From NCBI GenBank assembly GCA_945865725.1, contig CAMBEO010000006.1, positions 1 through 62,175 on the forward strand: a stretch of DNA of 62,175 nt, written 5' to 3'. Shown here in pieces: positions 1 to 7,945 of this stretch. A model generated the notes under the pieces. That model worked only from the letters and a program-made list of their open reading frames with translations. It had not been told where the DNA came from and searched no databases. This DNA comes from Thermoflexus hugenholtzii JAD2. Its GTDB lineage: Bacteria > Chloroflexota > UBA11872 > UBA12225. Each line of letters starts with the position of its first letter. Within the stretch, counting starts at the first letter, position 1. A program made the translations under genes and the position numbers.

Positions 1-1
1 C

Positions 2-700
2 GTTGCCGCCGCCGAGCGCCTGCAGGCGGAGAACTACATCGACCTCTTGCGCGCTCGCGTCATCGGCCGACCAGAGGTGACGCGTCGAGTCGAGAACGGG
101 GGTCCGGGCTGGCCCGACCTGAAGGCGGACCTTGGCGTCGGTGGGGCCGTGCTCGTGAGCGCGCATCTCGGCCGACTCGAACTACTCGCTCACGCGTTGT
201 CTCGTGAGGGCATTCGCGCCGTACTCATGGTGGAACGCTTGCGCCCGGCGGCGGTGCATGGCCTCGTCACCAGCCTGCGGCTGTCGCCAACGCTCGAGGT
301 GATTACGGCGGACGACGGCCTCATGCGCGCCTCTCGGGCCCTCAAGTCGGGGCGACTGCTCGTCGTGCTCATTGACTGGGTGCCTTCGGTAATCGGGGCG
401 AGCCCGGACTCCGGCATCCCGGCGATGATCGGATGTGCTCGCTCTCGCCTGCCGTCTGCGCCGTTCCGGCTCGCGGCCCGCCTCGGCGTACCGATTCATT
501 TCGGGTACGGGCTCGCCCTTCCCGGTGGCCGGGTCCGCGCGATCGTCGAGGCTCGCGTCGCGGGCGCTTTCGGGGCCGAGGTCACCTGGGAACGCGGAGG
601 CGCCGATCACGTTCGCGCGGCGTGCGCGGTTGGGCGGCGCCTCGGTGACGTGATCAGGCTCAATCCCGGCCAATGGACCCTTGCGCATCGCCTCAGCTGA
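2..700 (+). CDS. Lipid acyltransferase (PatA/LpxL-like lysophospholipid acyltransferase family), 5'-truncated by window edge
   Basis: HxxxxE motif (SAHLGRLE), 'LVVLID', 'PFRLAARLGVPI', C-terminal 'NPGQW'; frame open to window start; next to a PimA-like GT. Confidence 0.8.
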   Translation, partial: VAAAERLQAENYIDLLRARVIGRPEVTRRVENGGPGWPDLKADLGVGGAVLVSAHLGRLELLAHALSREGIRAVLMVERLRPAAVHGLVTSLRLSPTLEVITADDGLMRASRALKSGRLLVVLIDWVPSVIGASPDSGIPAMIGCARSRLPSAPFRLAARLGVPIHFGYGLALPGGRVRAIVEARVAGAFGAEVTWERGGADHVRAACAVGRRLGDVIRLNPGQWTLAHRLS

Positions 701-790
701 GGTTCGGGCAACGATGGGAAGGCGTCGCTAGGTAACGTTGCTCGGTCATCGTGGTCCCGTGCCTTCGGGGCCGTCTGGAGGGCTCGCGTC

Positions 791-1906
791 GTGCGGCTCG
801 CGCTCGTCTCGCCGTACGACCTGTCGTTCCCCGGCGGAGTGACGGAGCACGTGCGGCACCTGTCCGCCCACCTTGCTCGTCGCGGACACGAGGTCCAACT
901 CATCGCCCCGGCGTCGGGCGATGCCACAGTCCCCGGCGTGCGCGTCCGCGCGGTGACCCGACGGGTGCGGACGTGGATGACGAACGGGTCGATCGCACGC
1001 ATCGCGATCTCTCCCGTCGCGGCCTGGCGCGTCGCCCAGTTCCTGCGCGACAGTCGACCGGACGTCGTGCACGTGCATGAACCGGCGGTCCCGGTCGTTG
1101 GTCCGGTCGGTGCGTTCCTTGGCCGCGCACCGGTCGTTGCGACATTTCACGCCGCGCGCGATCCAGGGTGGCTGCGATCGCCCTTCTCGCTCGTGCTTGC
1201 ACCCCTCGCATCGCGACTGGCCGCACGGGTGGCCGTCTCAGCGCCGGCGCGGGCGACCGCCGTGACCTACGCCCCCGGCTCGTACCAGATCATCCCCAAT
1301 GGCGTGGACGCGGCAAGTTTCGCCGTCGATCATCCCGTGCCCCCGATGATCGCCGGACCCAGGCCATTCGTCCTCTACCTCGGCCGCCTCGACGCGAGGA
1401 AGGGACTGGGAGTGCTTGTCGATGCCTTCGCGACGGACCCCGCGCTTCGGAAGCGCGCCCGGCTCGTCATCGCCGGCGCGTACGGCCCGAGGGACGCGGC
1501 GCCATGGATCGAACGATGTCGCGAGGCAGGCCTCCCTGACGCGGCCTTCATCGGTGCGGTCAGTGACGAGTCGCGGGTCGCGATCCTCCGTCACGCGGCG
1601 GTTGCTTGCGCCCCGGCGACCGGGGGCGAAAGCCATGGATTGGTCCTCCTCGAGGCGATGGCGGCCGGCACGCCGGTCATTGCGGCGGCGAATGCGGGCT
1701 ATTGCTCGATCGTGGTCCACGAGGTCAATGGCCTGCTCGTCCCCCCTGGCGATGCCGGCGCACTTGCGGGCGCCATCGGCCGGGCGCTTGATGACGATGG
1801 CTTGCGCCGCCGCCTCATCGATGGTGGCCTGTCGACTGCCCGCGCCCACGACTGGGCGGGGGTCGTCGACCGCCTAGAGGCGATCTACGCGACCGCGTCG
1901 CGGTGA
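791..1906 (+). CDS. GT4 glycosyltransferase, PimA-like (phosphatidylinositol alpha-mannosyltransferase)
   Basis: N-terminus 'MRLALVSPYDLSFPGGV', 'HVHEP', 'ATFH', 'IPNGVD', 'GGESHGLVLLEAMAAGTPV'. Confidence 0.88.
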   Translation: MRLALVSPYDLSFPGGVTEHVRHLSAHLARRGHEVQLIAPASGDATVPGVRVRAVTRRVRTWMTNGSIARIAISPVAAWRVAQFLRDSRPDVVHVHEPAVPVVGPVGAFLGRAPVVATFHAARDPGWLRSPFSLVLAPLASRLAARVAVSAPARATAVTYAPGSYQIIPNGVDAASFAVDHPVPPMIAGPRPFVLYLGRLDARKGLGVLVDAFATDPALRKRARLVIAGAYGPRDAAPWIERCREAGLPDAAFIGAVSDESRVAILRHAAVACAPATGGESHGLVLLEAMAAGTPVIAAANAGYCSIVVHEVNGLLVPPGDAGALAGAIGRALDDDGLRRRLIDGGLSTARAHDWAGVVDRLEAIYATASR

Positions 1907-2045
1907 CGCGCTGCCGGCGCCGTCATGCGGCCGGTCGCTCCCGGTTCGACCTTGAGATGAAGGCTCGGACGCGGGCCACCGGATACTTCAGGCGCCGGGC
2001 GACGGCCCGATGGTCGGCCCACTGGTGAGGCGGGGAGAAGCAGTC

Positions 2046-3482
2046 ATGGCCGGCCCGTCGCGGTATGCGCAGATGTACGCGCCGCTACGCGTCCCGAACT
2101 ACCGGATGTTCATCGCCGGGCAGTCGATCTCGACGATCGGCACGCTCGTGCAGATGACCGCGCAGAGTTGGGTCGTGTTCGAACTGACCCACTCGTCGGC
2201 CGCGCTCGGGTGGGTTGGCCTGATCGGTTCGCTGCCGATGATCGTGCTCGGTCCGTTCGCGGGTGCCTTGGCCGATCGGGTCAATCGGCGCCTGCTCCTC
2301 ATCGGCACGCAAGCGACCCTCGCGGTGCTCGCTGCCGTGTTCGCTGTGCTGGTCCAGACCGGATCCCTCGTTGTCGAACACGTGTACGTGCTCGCGTTCG
2401 CGTCCGGGATCGTCGTCGCCCTCGACCTGCCCGCCCTTCAGGCGTTTGCGGCCGACCTTGCCGGCCCCTCGCTCATCAGGCAGGCGGTCACGCTCAACGC
2501 GATGGCGTTCCAGATGGCTCGCATGATCGGCCCGTCCGTCGCGGGCCTTGCCATCGGGTCTTATGGCAATGCGACGGCATTCTGGATGAACGCGATGAGT
2601 TTCGTCGCGGTCATTCTCGCCATCTGGCGGATCCGGTTCACCGAGGGCGCGGTCCAGGCGGGCCTCCGCGATGCTCGAGCCACGACCGACGGAACGCCCG
2701 CGCGTGCCCGCTTCGGCGGCCCGCTCGAGGCGGTGCGGCATGTCTTCGACCATCCGCCGATGCTTGACCTTTACCTGTTTTCGATGCTGTTCACGTTTCT
2801 CGTATTCTCGACGTTGACCGTGTACCCCGCGTTCGTCGCGGACACCCTCCACGGCGACGCGACGATGCTTGGGTTCCTCATGGGCGCGAGCGGCGCGGGG
2901 TCGTTGACGTGCACGTTGCTCTTCCTTCCAATCCTGCATTCGGTTCGACGCACGGGACTGCTGATCGCCGGGGCGCTCGGGTGGTTCGGCGTGATGCTGG
3001 TGACCATGACCGTGGCCGCGCCGCCACTCGCGGCCTTCGTCGTCGGGTGGGGAATCCCGGTTGACGTTGCCGACGCGCTCCCAGTGGTTGTCGCGTGCTT
3101 CGGGTTCCTTCAGGGGATGGCCGGACCCGTCGTCATGACGACGAGCATGGGCCTGCTCCAACAGATGGCGCCTCCAGCCATGCGCGCCCGCCTCATCGGA
3201 CTGGTCACCTCGATCTCGTTCGGGATGCAGCCGTTCGCGGGACTGTTGGTTGGCTACGCGGGTGAACTCCTTGGCGCGGGCATCGCCCTCCGGATCAACG
3301 GCATCCTCTTGATGATCTCCGCTGGCGCGATGGTCGCGTTTCGCGCGTCCGTTCGTGCCCCGTCACCCGTGCCCGCGACGGTTCCTTCAGGTCCGCGCGC
3401 CGCGGTCTCGACTACCCCGGGACCCGCGTCCACCGGTGGCGTTGGACGAGATGTCCGGACGGTCCCTTCGGCGACCGCGTGA
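2046..3482 (+). CDS. MFS transporter
   Basis: About 12 hydrophobic segments, motif A 'GALADRVNRR'; GGGGAG upstream of ATG 2046. Confidence 0.88.
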   Translation: MAGPSRYAQMYAPLRVPNYRMFIAGQSISTIGTLVQMTAQSWVVFELTHSSAALGWVGLIGSLPMIVLGPFAGALADRVNRRLLLIGTQATLAVLAAVFAVLVQTGSLVVEHVYVLAFASGIVVALDLPALQAFAADLAGPSLIRQAVTLNAMAFQMARMIGPSVAGLAIGSYGNATAFWMNAMSFVAVILAIWRIRFTEGAVQAGLRDARATTDGTPARARFGGPLEAVRHVFDHPPMLDLYLFSMLFTFLVFSTLTVYPAFVADTLHGDATMLGFLMGASGAGSLTCTLLFLPILHSVRRTGLLIAGALGWFGVMLVTMTVAAPPLAAFVVGWGIPVDVADALPVVVACFGFLQGMAGPVVMTTSMGLLQQMAPPAMRARLIGLVTSISFGMQPFAGLLVGYAGELLGAGIALRINGILLMISAGAMVAFRASVRAPSPVPATVPSGPRAAVSTTPGPASTGGVGRDVRTVPSATA

Positions 3483-3536
3483 CCCGTCATCCGTGGCATG
3501 CCGATCCCATCGCCTTGTCCGGCCCTCGGAGCGACC

Positions 3537-4172
3537 ATGGCATACTCGGCCGACGTGACCACGCTCCGAGCGGAAGTGCAGTCGCGGACGCGGCGATTTG
3601 CCGAGTTCGTCATCGCCCCGGTCGCGCGTACCGGCGTCACCCCGAACGCCCTGACGGTTGTCGGCCTCCTGCTCAACCTCGTCGCGGGGGCGGTCCTTGG
3701 CTCGGGCGAATGGCTCCTCGGAGGGGTCCTTGTCCTCGTCGCGGGCGCATTTGACATGTTCGATGGCGCGCTCGCGCGGGTCCTGAACCAGCGCACGGAT
3801 TTTGGCGCGTTCCTGGACTCGACGCTTGACCGCTACTCCGAGGTGGCCGTCCTGATCGGCGTGCAGGTCGGCTTTCTCCATTCGGACGCCGTCGCGTCGT
3901 ATCGCCTCGCCGGCATTGCCCTTGGCGGGGCCATCCTCGCCAACTCGCTCATGATCAGCTACGCCCGTGCCCGTGCCGAGGGCCTGCGGCTCGATTGCGA
4001 GGTGGGCTTGTTCCAGCGGCCCGAACGCGTGATCGCGGTCGGGATCGCGACGATGCTTCCACCGGCGATGATGATGGCGTGCCTTGCGCTTATCGCGGTC
4101 GGCACGCTGTGGACGGTTGGGCAACGGATCCGCCACGTCTGGCGATTGACCGAACCGGAGAGACGGCCATGA
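3537..4172 (+). CDS. CDP-alcohol phosphatidyltransferase (PI/PIP-synthase-like)
   Basis: 'TPNALT', signature 'DMFDGALAR...GAFLDSTLDR', 'SYARARAE', 'RPER'. Confidence 0.9.
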   Translation: MAYSADVTTLRAEVQSRTRRFAEFVIAPVARTGVTPNALTVVGLLLNLVAGAVLGSGEWLLGGVLVLVAGAFDMFDGALARVLNQRTDFGAFLDSTLDRYSEVAVLIGVQVGFLHSDAVASYRLAGIALGGAILANSLMISYARARAEGLRLDCEVGLFQRPERVIAVGIATMLPPAMMMACLALIAVGTLWTVGQRIRHVWRLTEPERRP

Positions 4173-4765
4173 CCGCGGTTCGCCGTGCCTCGGTGACGCG
4201 TGAGACACGCGAGACGCGCGTGACATGCTCGATTGACCTGGATGGCCACGGCACGTCTCGCCTCGCGACCGGCGTCCCGTTCCTCGATCACATGCTGGAC
4301 CAGGTGGCACGCCACGGGGGCATCGACCTCGAAGTGACATGCGAGGGCGACCTCGTCATCGACACCCACCACTCGGTCGAGGATTGCGCGCTAGTCATTG
4401 GTCGTGCCCTGGATGAGGCGCTCGGCGACCGGTCAGGGATCGCGAGGATGGGGCACGCCACGGTCCCGATGGACGAGGCGCTTGCGACGGCGGCCATCGA
4501 CCTGAGCGGACGGGCGCATGCGGTGGTGCAGGTTGGCGATGCCGGTGGTGCCGGGCTTCCGCCGTCGCTCCTCGCGCACTTCATGGATAGCCTTGCGAGT
4601 TCGGCGAGGCTCTGCCTGCACCTTCACGTAACCGCCGGACGCGACGCGCACCACATGGCCGAGGCTGCTTTCAAGGCATTCGCGCGTGCCCTATCCATGG
4701 CCGTCACGCACGACCCGCGTCGGCGCGGAGGCGTCGCATCGACCAAGGGGACGCTCGCCTCCTGA
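4169..4765 (+). CDS. hisB: Imidazoleglycerol-phosphate dehydratase
   Basis: 'RETRET', 'TGVPFLDHML', 'DTHHSVED', 'PMDEAL', 'HHMAEAAFKA', 'STKGTL'; ATGA overlap with upstream gene. Confidence 0.96.
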   Translation: MTAVRRASVTRETRETRVTCSIDLDGHGTSRLATGVPFLDHMLDQVARHGGIDLEVTCEGDLVIDTHHSVEDCALVIGRALDEALGDRSGIARMGHATVPMDEALATAAIDLSGRAHAVVQVGDAGGAGLPPSLLAHFMDSLASSARLCLHLHVTAGRDAHHMAEAAFKAFARALSMAVTHDPRRRGGVASTKGTLAS

Positions 4766-4951
4766 GGGACGGCACGGTCGGCGTCGAGGCGCGGTGGGTT
4801 AGGTGGCGTGGCGCGGGCGATCATCCCGCTCCTCAGGGCGGGACCATCGACGTCGCCGCCCGGCACACGCGAGCGGCGTCGGTGCGCCCGTCGCCGGTGC
4901 GCCACGGGAGCGAGCGGTCAGGAGCTCAGGCGACCGGGTTCAGACCACGGG

Positions 4952-5740
4952 TCACGCGCGCAGGACTCGCACGAGGGCGGCGGCGGTTGCACTGGCGAGG
5001 GCAAGCCGGGCCGACCATGCCTCGGGCGTGTCGTAGACCTGCCGCTCCCACGCTTCGCGCCCGCCGCCGGCGGCGATTTCCGGCGCGTGAAAGGTCGCCG
5101 TTTCGAACTCGAGGCCTTCGCACCACGCCTGCAACACTCGCGCAGGATCCTTCCGCCACACGATGGCCGGCCACTCGCCGTCCGTCGCGTTCGACGCCTC
5201 CACGGACCCTTCCAACACCGCGCTGGCGCCATCGGGGGAAAGCCAGGCCGCACCGGCCGTGACGTCGCTCCGCCGTCGGAACGCGGACGAGGCCGCCCGG
5301 TTGGTCGCGTCCTCGCACAGCACCTGCACGCGCGGGTGGGTCGCGAGCGCGCGGGGGGTGCGGCCGAGGCATGCATACCAGGCGCCGCCACGCTTCCCGA
5401 GCATCCGGTCCGGCAGGCCCGCAAGCTCGTCGGGATACGCCGTCGCCCAGTGGAGCCACCGGTCCATGTCGCAGTAGAGGATCGAAGACGGCGAGTGCGC
5501 GGCGACCGCCGCCACGGCAGCGCGTCGGGACGCGCCGATGCCCGCGTCACCGCCGGACAGGGGTTCGATGCCGGCCTCGCGCAGGCACCTGATCGTCACC
5601 TCTGCCGTGCTTGACGTGACCGACGCGCAGGCGACCCCGTACTCCGCTCGGAGGATGGCCGCCCGCGCCTCCAACAGGGGTACGAGGCGTGCATCCGGGT
5701 CGTGGACGGTGGTCGCAAGGGCGGGCCTTCCCATCGTCAC
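4952..5740 (-). CDS. Hypothetical protein with GT-A-like DxD motif
   Basis: GTG start overlaps pncB stop (GTGA); 'GIGASRRAAV...ILYCDMDR' resembles the GT2 nucleotide-sugar region. Confidence 0.7.
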   Translation of the reverse strand: MTMGRPALATTVHDPDARLVPLLEARAAILRAEYGVACASVTSSTAEVTIRCLREAGIEPLSGGDAGIGASRRAAVAAVAAHSPSSILYCDMDRWLHWATAYPDELAGLPDRMLGKRGGAWYACLGRTPRALATHPRVQVLCEDATNRAASSAFRRRSDVTAGAAWLSPDGASAVLEGSVEASNATDGEWPAIVWRKDPARVLQAWCEGLEFETATFHAPEIAAGGGREAWERQVYDTPEAWSARLALASATAAALVRVLRA

Positions 5741-7146
5741 TCGTCTCCTGACCGCGCGGAGAAACCCGCGCGTCGCTCGGAGACGACGCGGTCGTGAAGG
5801 TCCGTGAGAGCCTGGGAGAGCACGACGGGATAGGGACTTGCGGGGGCTAGGGCACGGAACGGCTCCGGCAGATCGCGAAGATTGTTCTGCGCAAACTCCC
5901 AGATCTCCGCCAGTGGGGGCGTACTTCCCGCGACGACGGCGCCGCACTTGATGACCGGACGCAAGAGGCGCAAACCACCCTCCGGGCGCGGTTCGTCGAC
6001 CAGCTGGATCACGTCTCGCTGGTAGTGGCCGAGACGAAAGACTTCCTTGCGTCCCGGAAGCGTGCCCTTGTCCGCCGAAAGCTTGACGAGAGGACGGCCA
6101 CCCCCGGTGGTCCCGTCGTCGTAGTGGACGGCCTTGTACACGCCTCCGAGTCCGCCGGCTTGTCCATCGATCCGGGATCCCGGGGTTGTCCCGAGGCTCG
6201 TCCCGACCCCGAAGGCATCGACTGGCGCACCGGACTGGACGAGGGCGTCGATGCTCTCCTCGTCAAGGTCACCCGAGACGAGGATGCGCGTGGCACCGAG
6301 GCCCTCTCGATCAAGGACGCCACGCACGAAGCGGCTTCCGGTCTCGAGGTCGCCGCTGTCGAGGCGGACAGCAGCCAGAAGATGCCCAAGACGTTCCTGC
6401 ACGTCGTGCGCGATCTCGACCACCGTCTCCATCGCCGCCCCGATGTCGTACGTATCGATGAGTACGGTGTACCGGCTGAACGTTTCGGCAACGGCGATGA
6501 ATGCCTCACGCTCGTCAGGAAACAACTGGACGAGCGCATGCGGGATCGTCCCGGTCGCCGAGAGGCGGTACCGCTCGGCCGCGGCGACAAAGCTCGTCGA
6601 GCTGCATCCCCCGATATACGCACTTCGGGCGACGATGAACGGTGCGGCGGCGCGGCGCAAGGCGAACTCGGCGACGCGGCGCCCACGGGCGGCAATCGTC
6701 ATGCGCGCGGCCTTCGTCGCGACCCAACTCGCGGCGTTGATGGCTTGAAGGACGCCGGCCTCGACGAGGAGCGCCTCCGGGAATGGGGCAGTCACCCGGA
6801 CGAGTGGCTCGTTCGGGAACGCGATGGAGCCTTCCGGCATCGCATGGACGTCGCCGCTGAACCGGAGGTTGCCTAGGAAGTCGAGGAACGCCGGGTCATA
6901 GTCGCGCACCTGCGAGAGGTAGCGAAGGTCCCGGTCGCGATACCGGAAGTTGCGCACGAACTCGATCGCCGTTTCGAGGCCGGCCACGAGGATGAACGAG
7001 CCCCCGCCCGGTGCCCGGCGCGTGTACATGTCGAACGTCGTCACGCCGAGGCGACCCAAGCGCCACGCGACGTAGGCGGCATCCGGGTGGTACAGGTCGG
7101 TGACGAGCCCAAACGAATCCGCGTCCTCGGACAAGGCTCCAGTCAC
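5737..7146 (-). CDS. pncB: Nicotinate phosphoribosyltransferase
   Basis: 'TDLY', 'MPEG..FPNEP', 'ATKAAR', 'EF.LRR', 'GTIPH', 'IDTYD', 'VRLDSGDL', 'SGDLDE', 'FGVGT', 'VYK', 'TLPGRK'; GTG 7146 lies 6 nt after TACACT. Confidence 0.93.
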   Translation of the reverse strand: MTGALSEDADSFGLVTDLYHPDAAYVAWRLGRLGVTTFDMYTRRAPGGGSFILVAGLETAIEFVRNFRYRDRDLRYLSQVRDYDPAFLDFLGNLRFSGDVHAMPEGSIAFPNEPLVRVTAPFPEALLVEAGVLQAINAASWVATKAARMTIAARGRRVAEFALRRAAAPFIVARSAYIGGCSSTSFVAAAERYRLSATGTIPHALVQLFPDEREAFIAVAETFSRYTVLIDTYDIGAAMETVVEIAHDVQERLGHLLAAVRLDSGDLETGSRFVRGVLDREGLGATRILVSGDLDEESIDALVQSGAPVDAFGVGTSLGTTPGSRIDGQAGGLGGVYKAVHYDDGTTGGGRPLVKLSADKGTLPGRKEVFRLGHYQRDVIQLVDEPRPEGGLRLLRPVIKCGAVVAGSTPPLAEIWEFAQNNLRDLPEPFRALAPASPYPVVLSQALTDLHDRVVSERRAGFSARSGDE

Positions 7147-7337
7147 CAGCGAAGTGTACGCCCGGTGTGCGCTACCCGACCCTAGGTGCCGGCGTTCTTC
7201 TGACGTGCGGTCGGCCGAGCGGGCGCGCAGTCGTCTCGGACCAGTAGGTCCAGGGCGCCACGTGGCCGACACGCCGCGCCTCGTTTGCCTGCCGCGGGAA
7301 AGGTGCATATACTCGGTGTCGCGCGGTCGGGGTTCGG

Positions 7338-7366
7338 TTGACAGGTTGAGCAGGCCTTGCCATATC
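7338..7366 (+). promoter_or_regulatory. Putative sigma70 promoter for the 7450 gene
   Basis: TTGACA (7338-7343), 17 bp spacer, TG-n-CATATC (weak -10). Confidence 0.4.
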
Positions 7367-7449
7367 GATCAGGGCAAGTTGCCGGTCGCATGTCGCCCGA
7401 TTGCGGCGAACCTTGCGATCACAGACCGAGGGGATGGGTGAGGTAGACC

Positions 7450-7773
7450 ATGGCGCTACAGCGTAGCTCTGGCGCACCGGCCGGCACCCCTGCAGCATCC
7501 CCGGTCGCGCCGACGCAAGCAGGGAGCCCCGCCCTCTCGACCCGCGAGTCGATCGTGCAACCGCATGTGGAAATGGGCGTCATGTTCGGTCAGGCCCTTG
7601 GCGGCCGTGAACCGGTCATGACGGCGCTCCAGAACCTCCAGAACATCGGTCAAGAGCACGGCTGCGATGCGATCATCGCCGTCAAGCTCATGCAGTACCC
7701 GACGAGCGCCGGACCTGCGGTGGTTGCGTATGGCACCGGCGTCAAGTTCGCGCGCCCCACGACTGGCGGCTAG
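7450..7773 (+). CDS. Small YbjQ/UPF0145-like protein
   Basis: GAGGT SD; C-terminal 'GCDAIIAVKL...VVAYGTGVKF' matches the YbjQ-family pattern. Confidence 0.7.
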   Translation: MALQRSSGAPAGTPAASPVAPTQAGSPALSTRESIVQPHVEMGVMFGQALGGREPVMTALQNLQNIGQEHGCDAIIAVKLMQYPTSAGPAVVAYGTGVKFARPTTGG

Positions 7774-7945
7774 GCACCCGGCTACCGCGGTTGGTGAACC
7801 CTCCCGGCCGGCGCGCCGCCGCCGGGATTTCGGCATCCCCCGGGTGATTTCTCCGACCGCGACCGTACGTCAGCGTCCGCGGGCGTGCGGAGGGGAGGGC
7901 TCGTCACCGTTTTCCGCCCTGCGATCGCGAGGGCGATAGCGCTAA

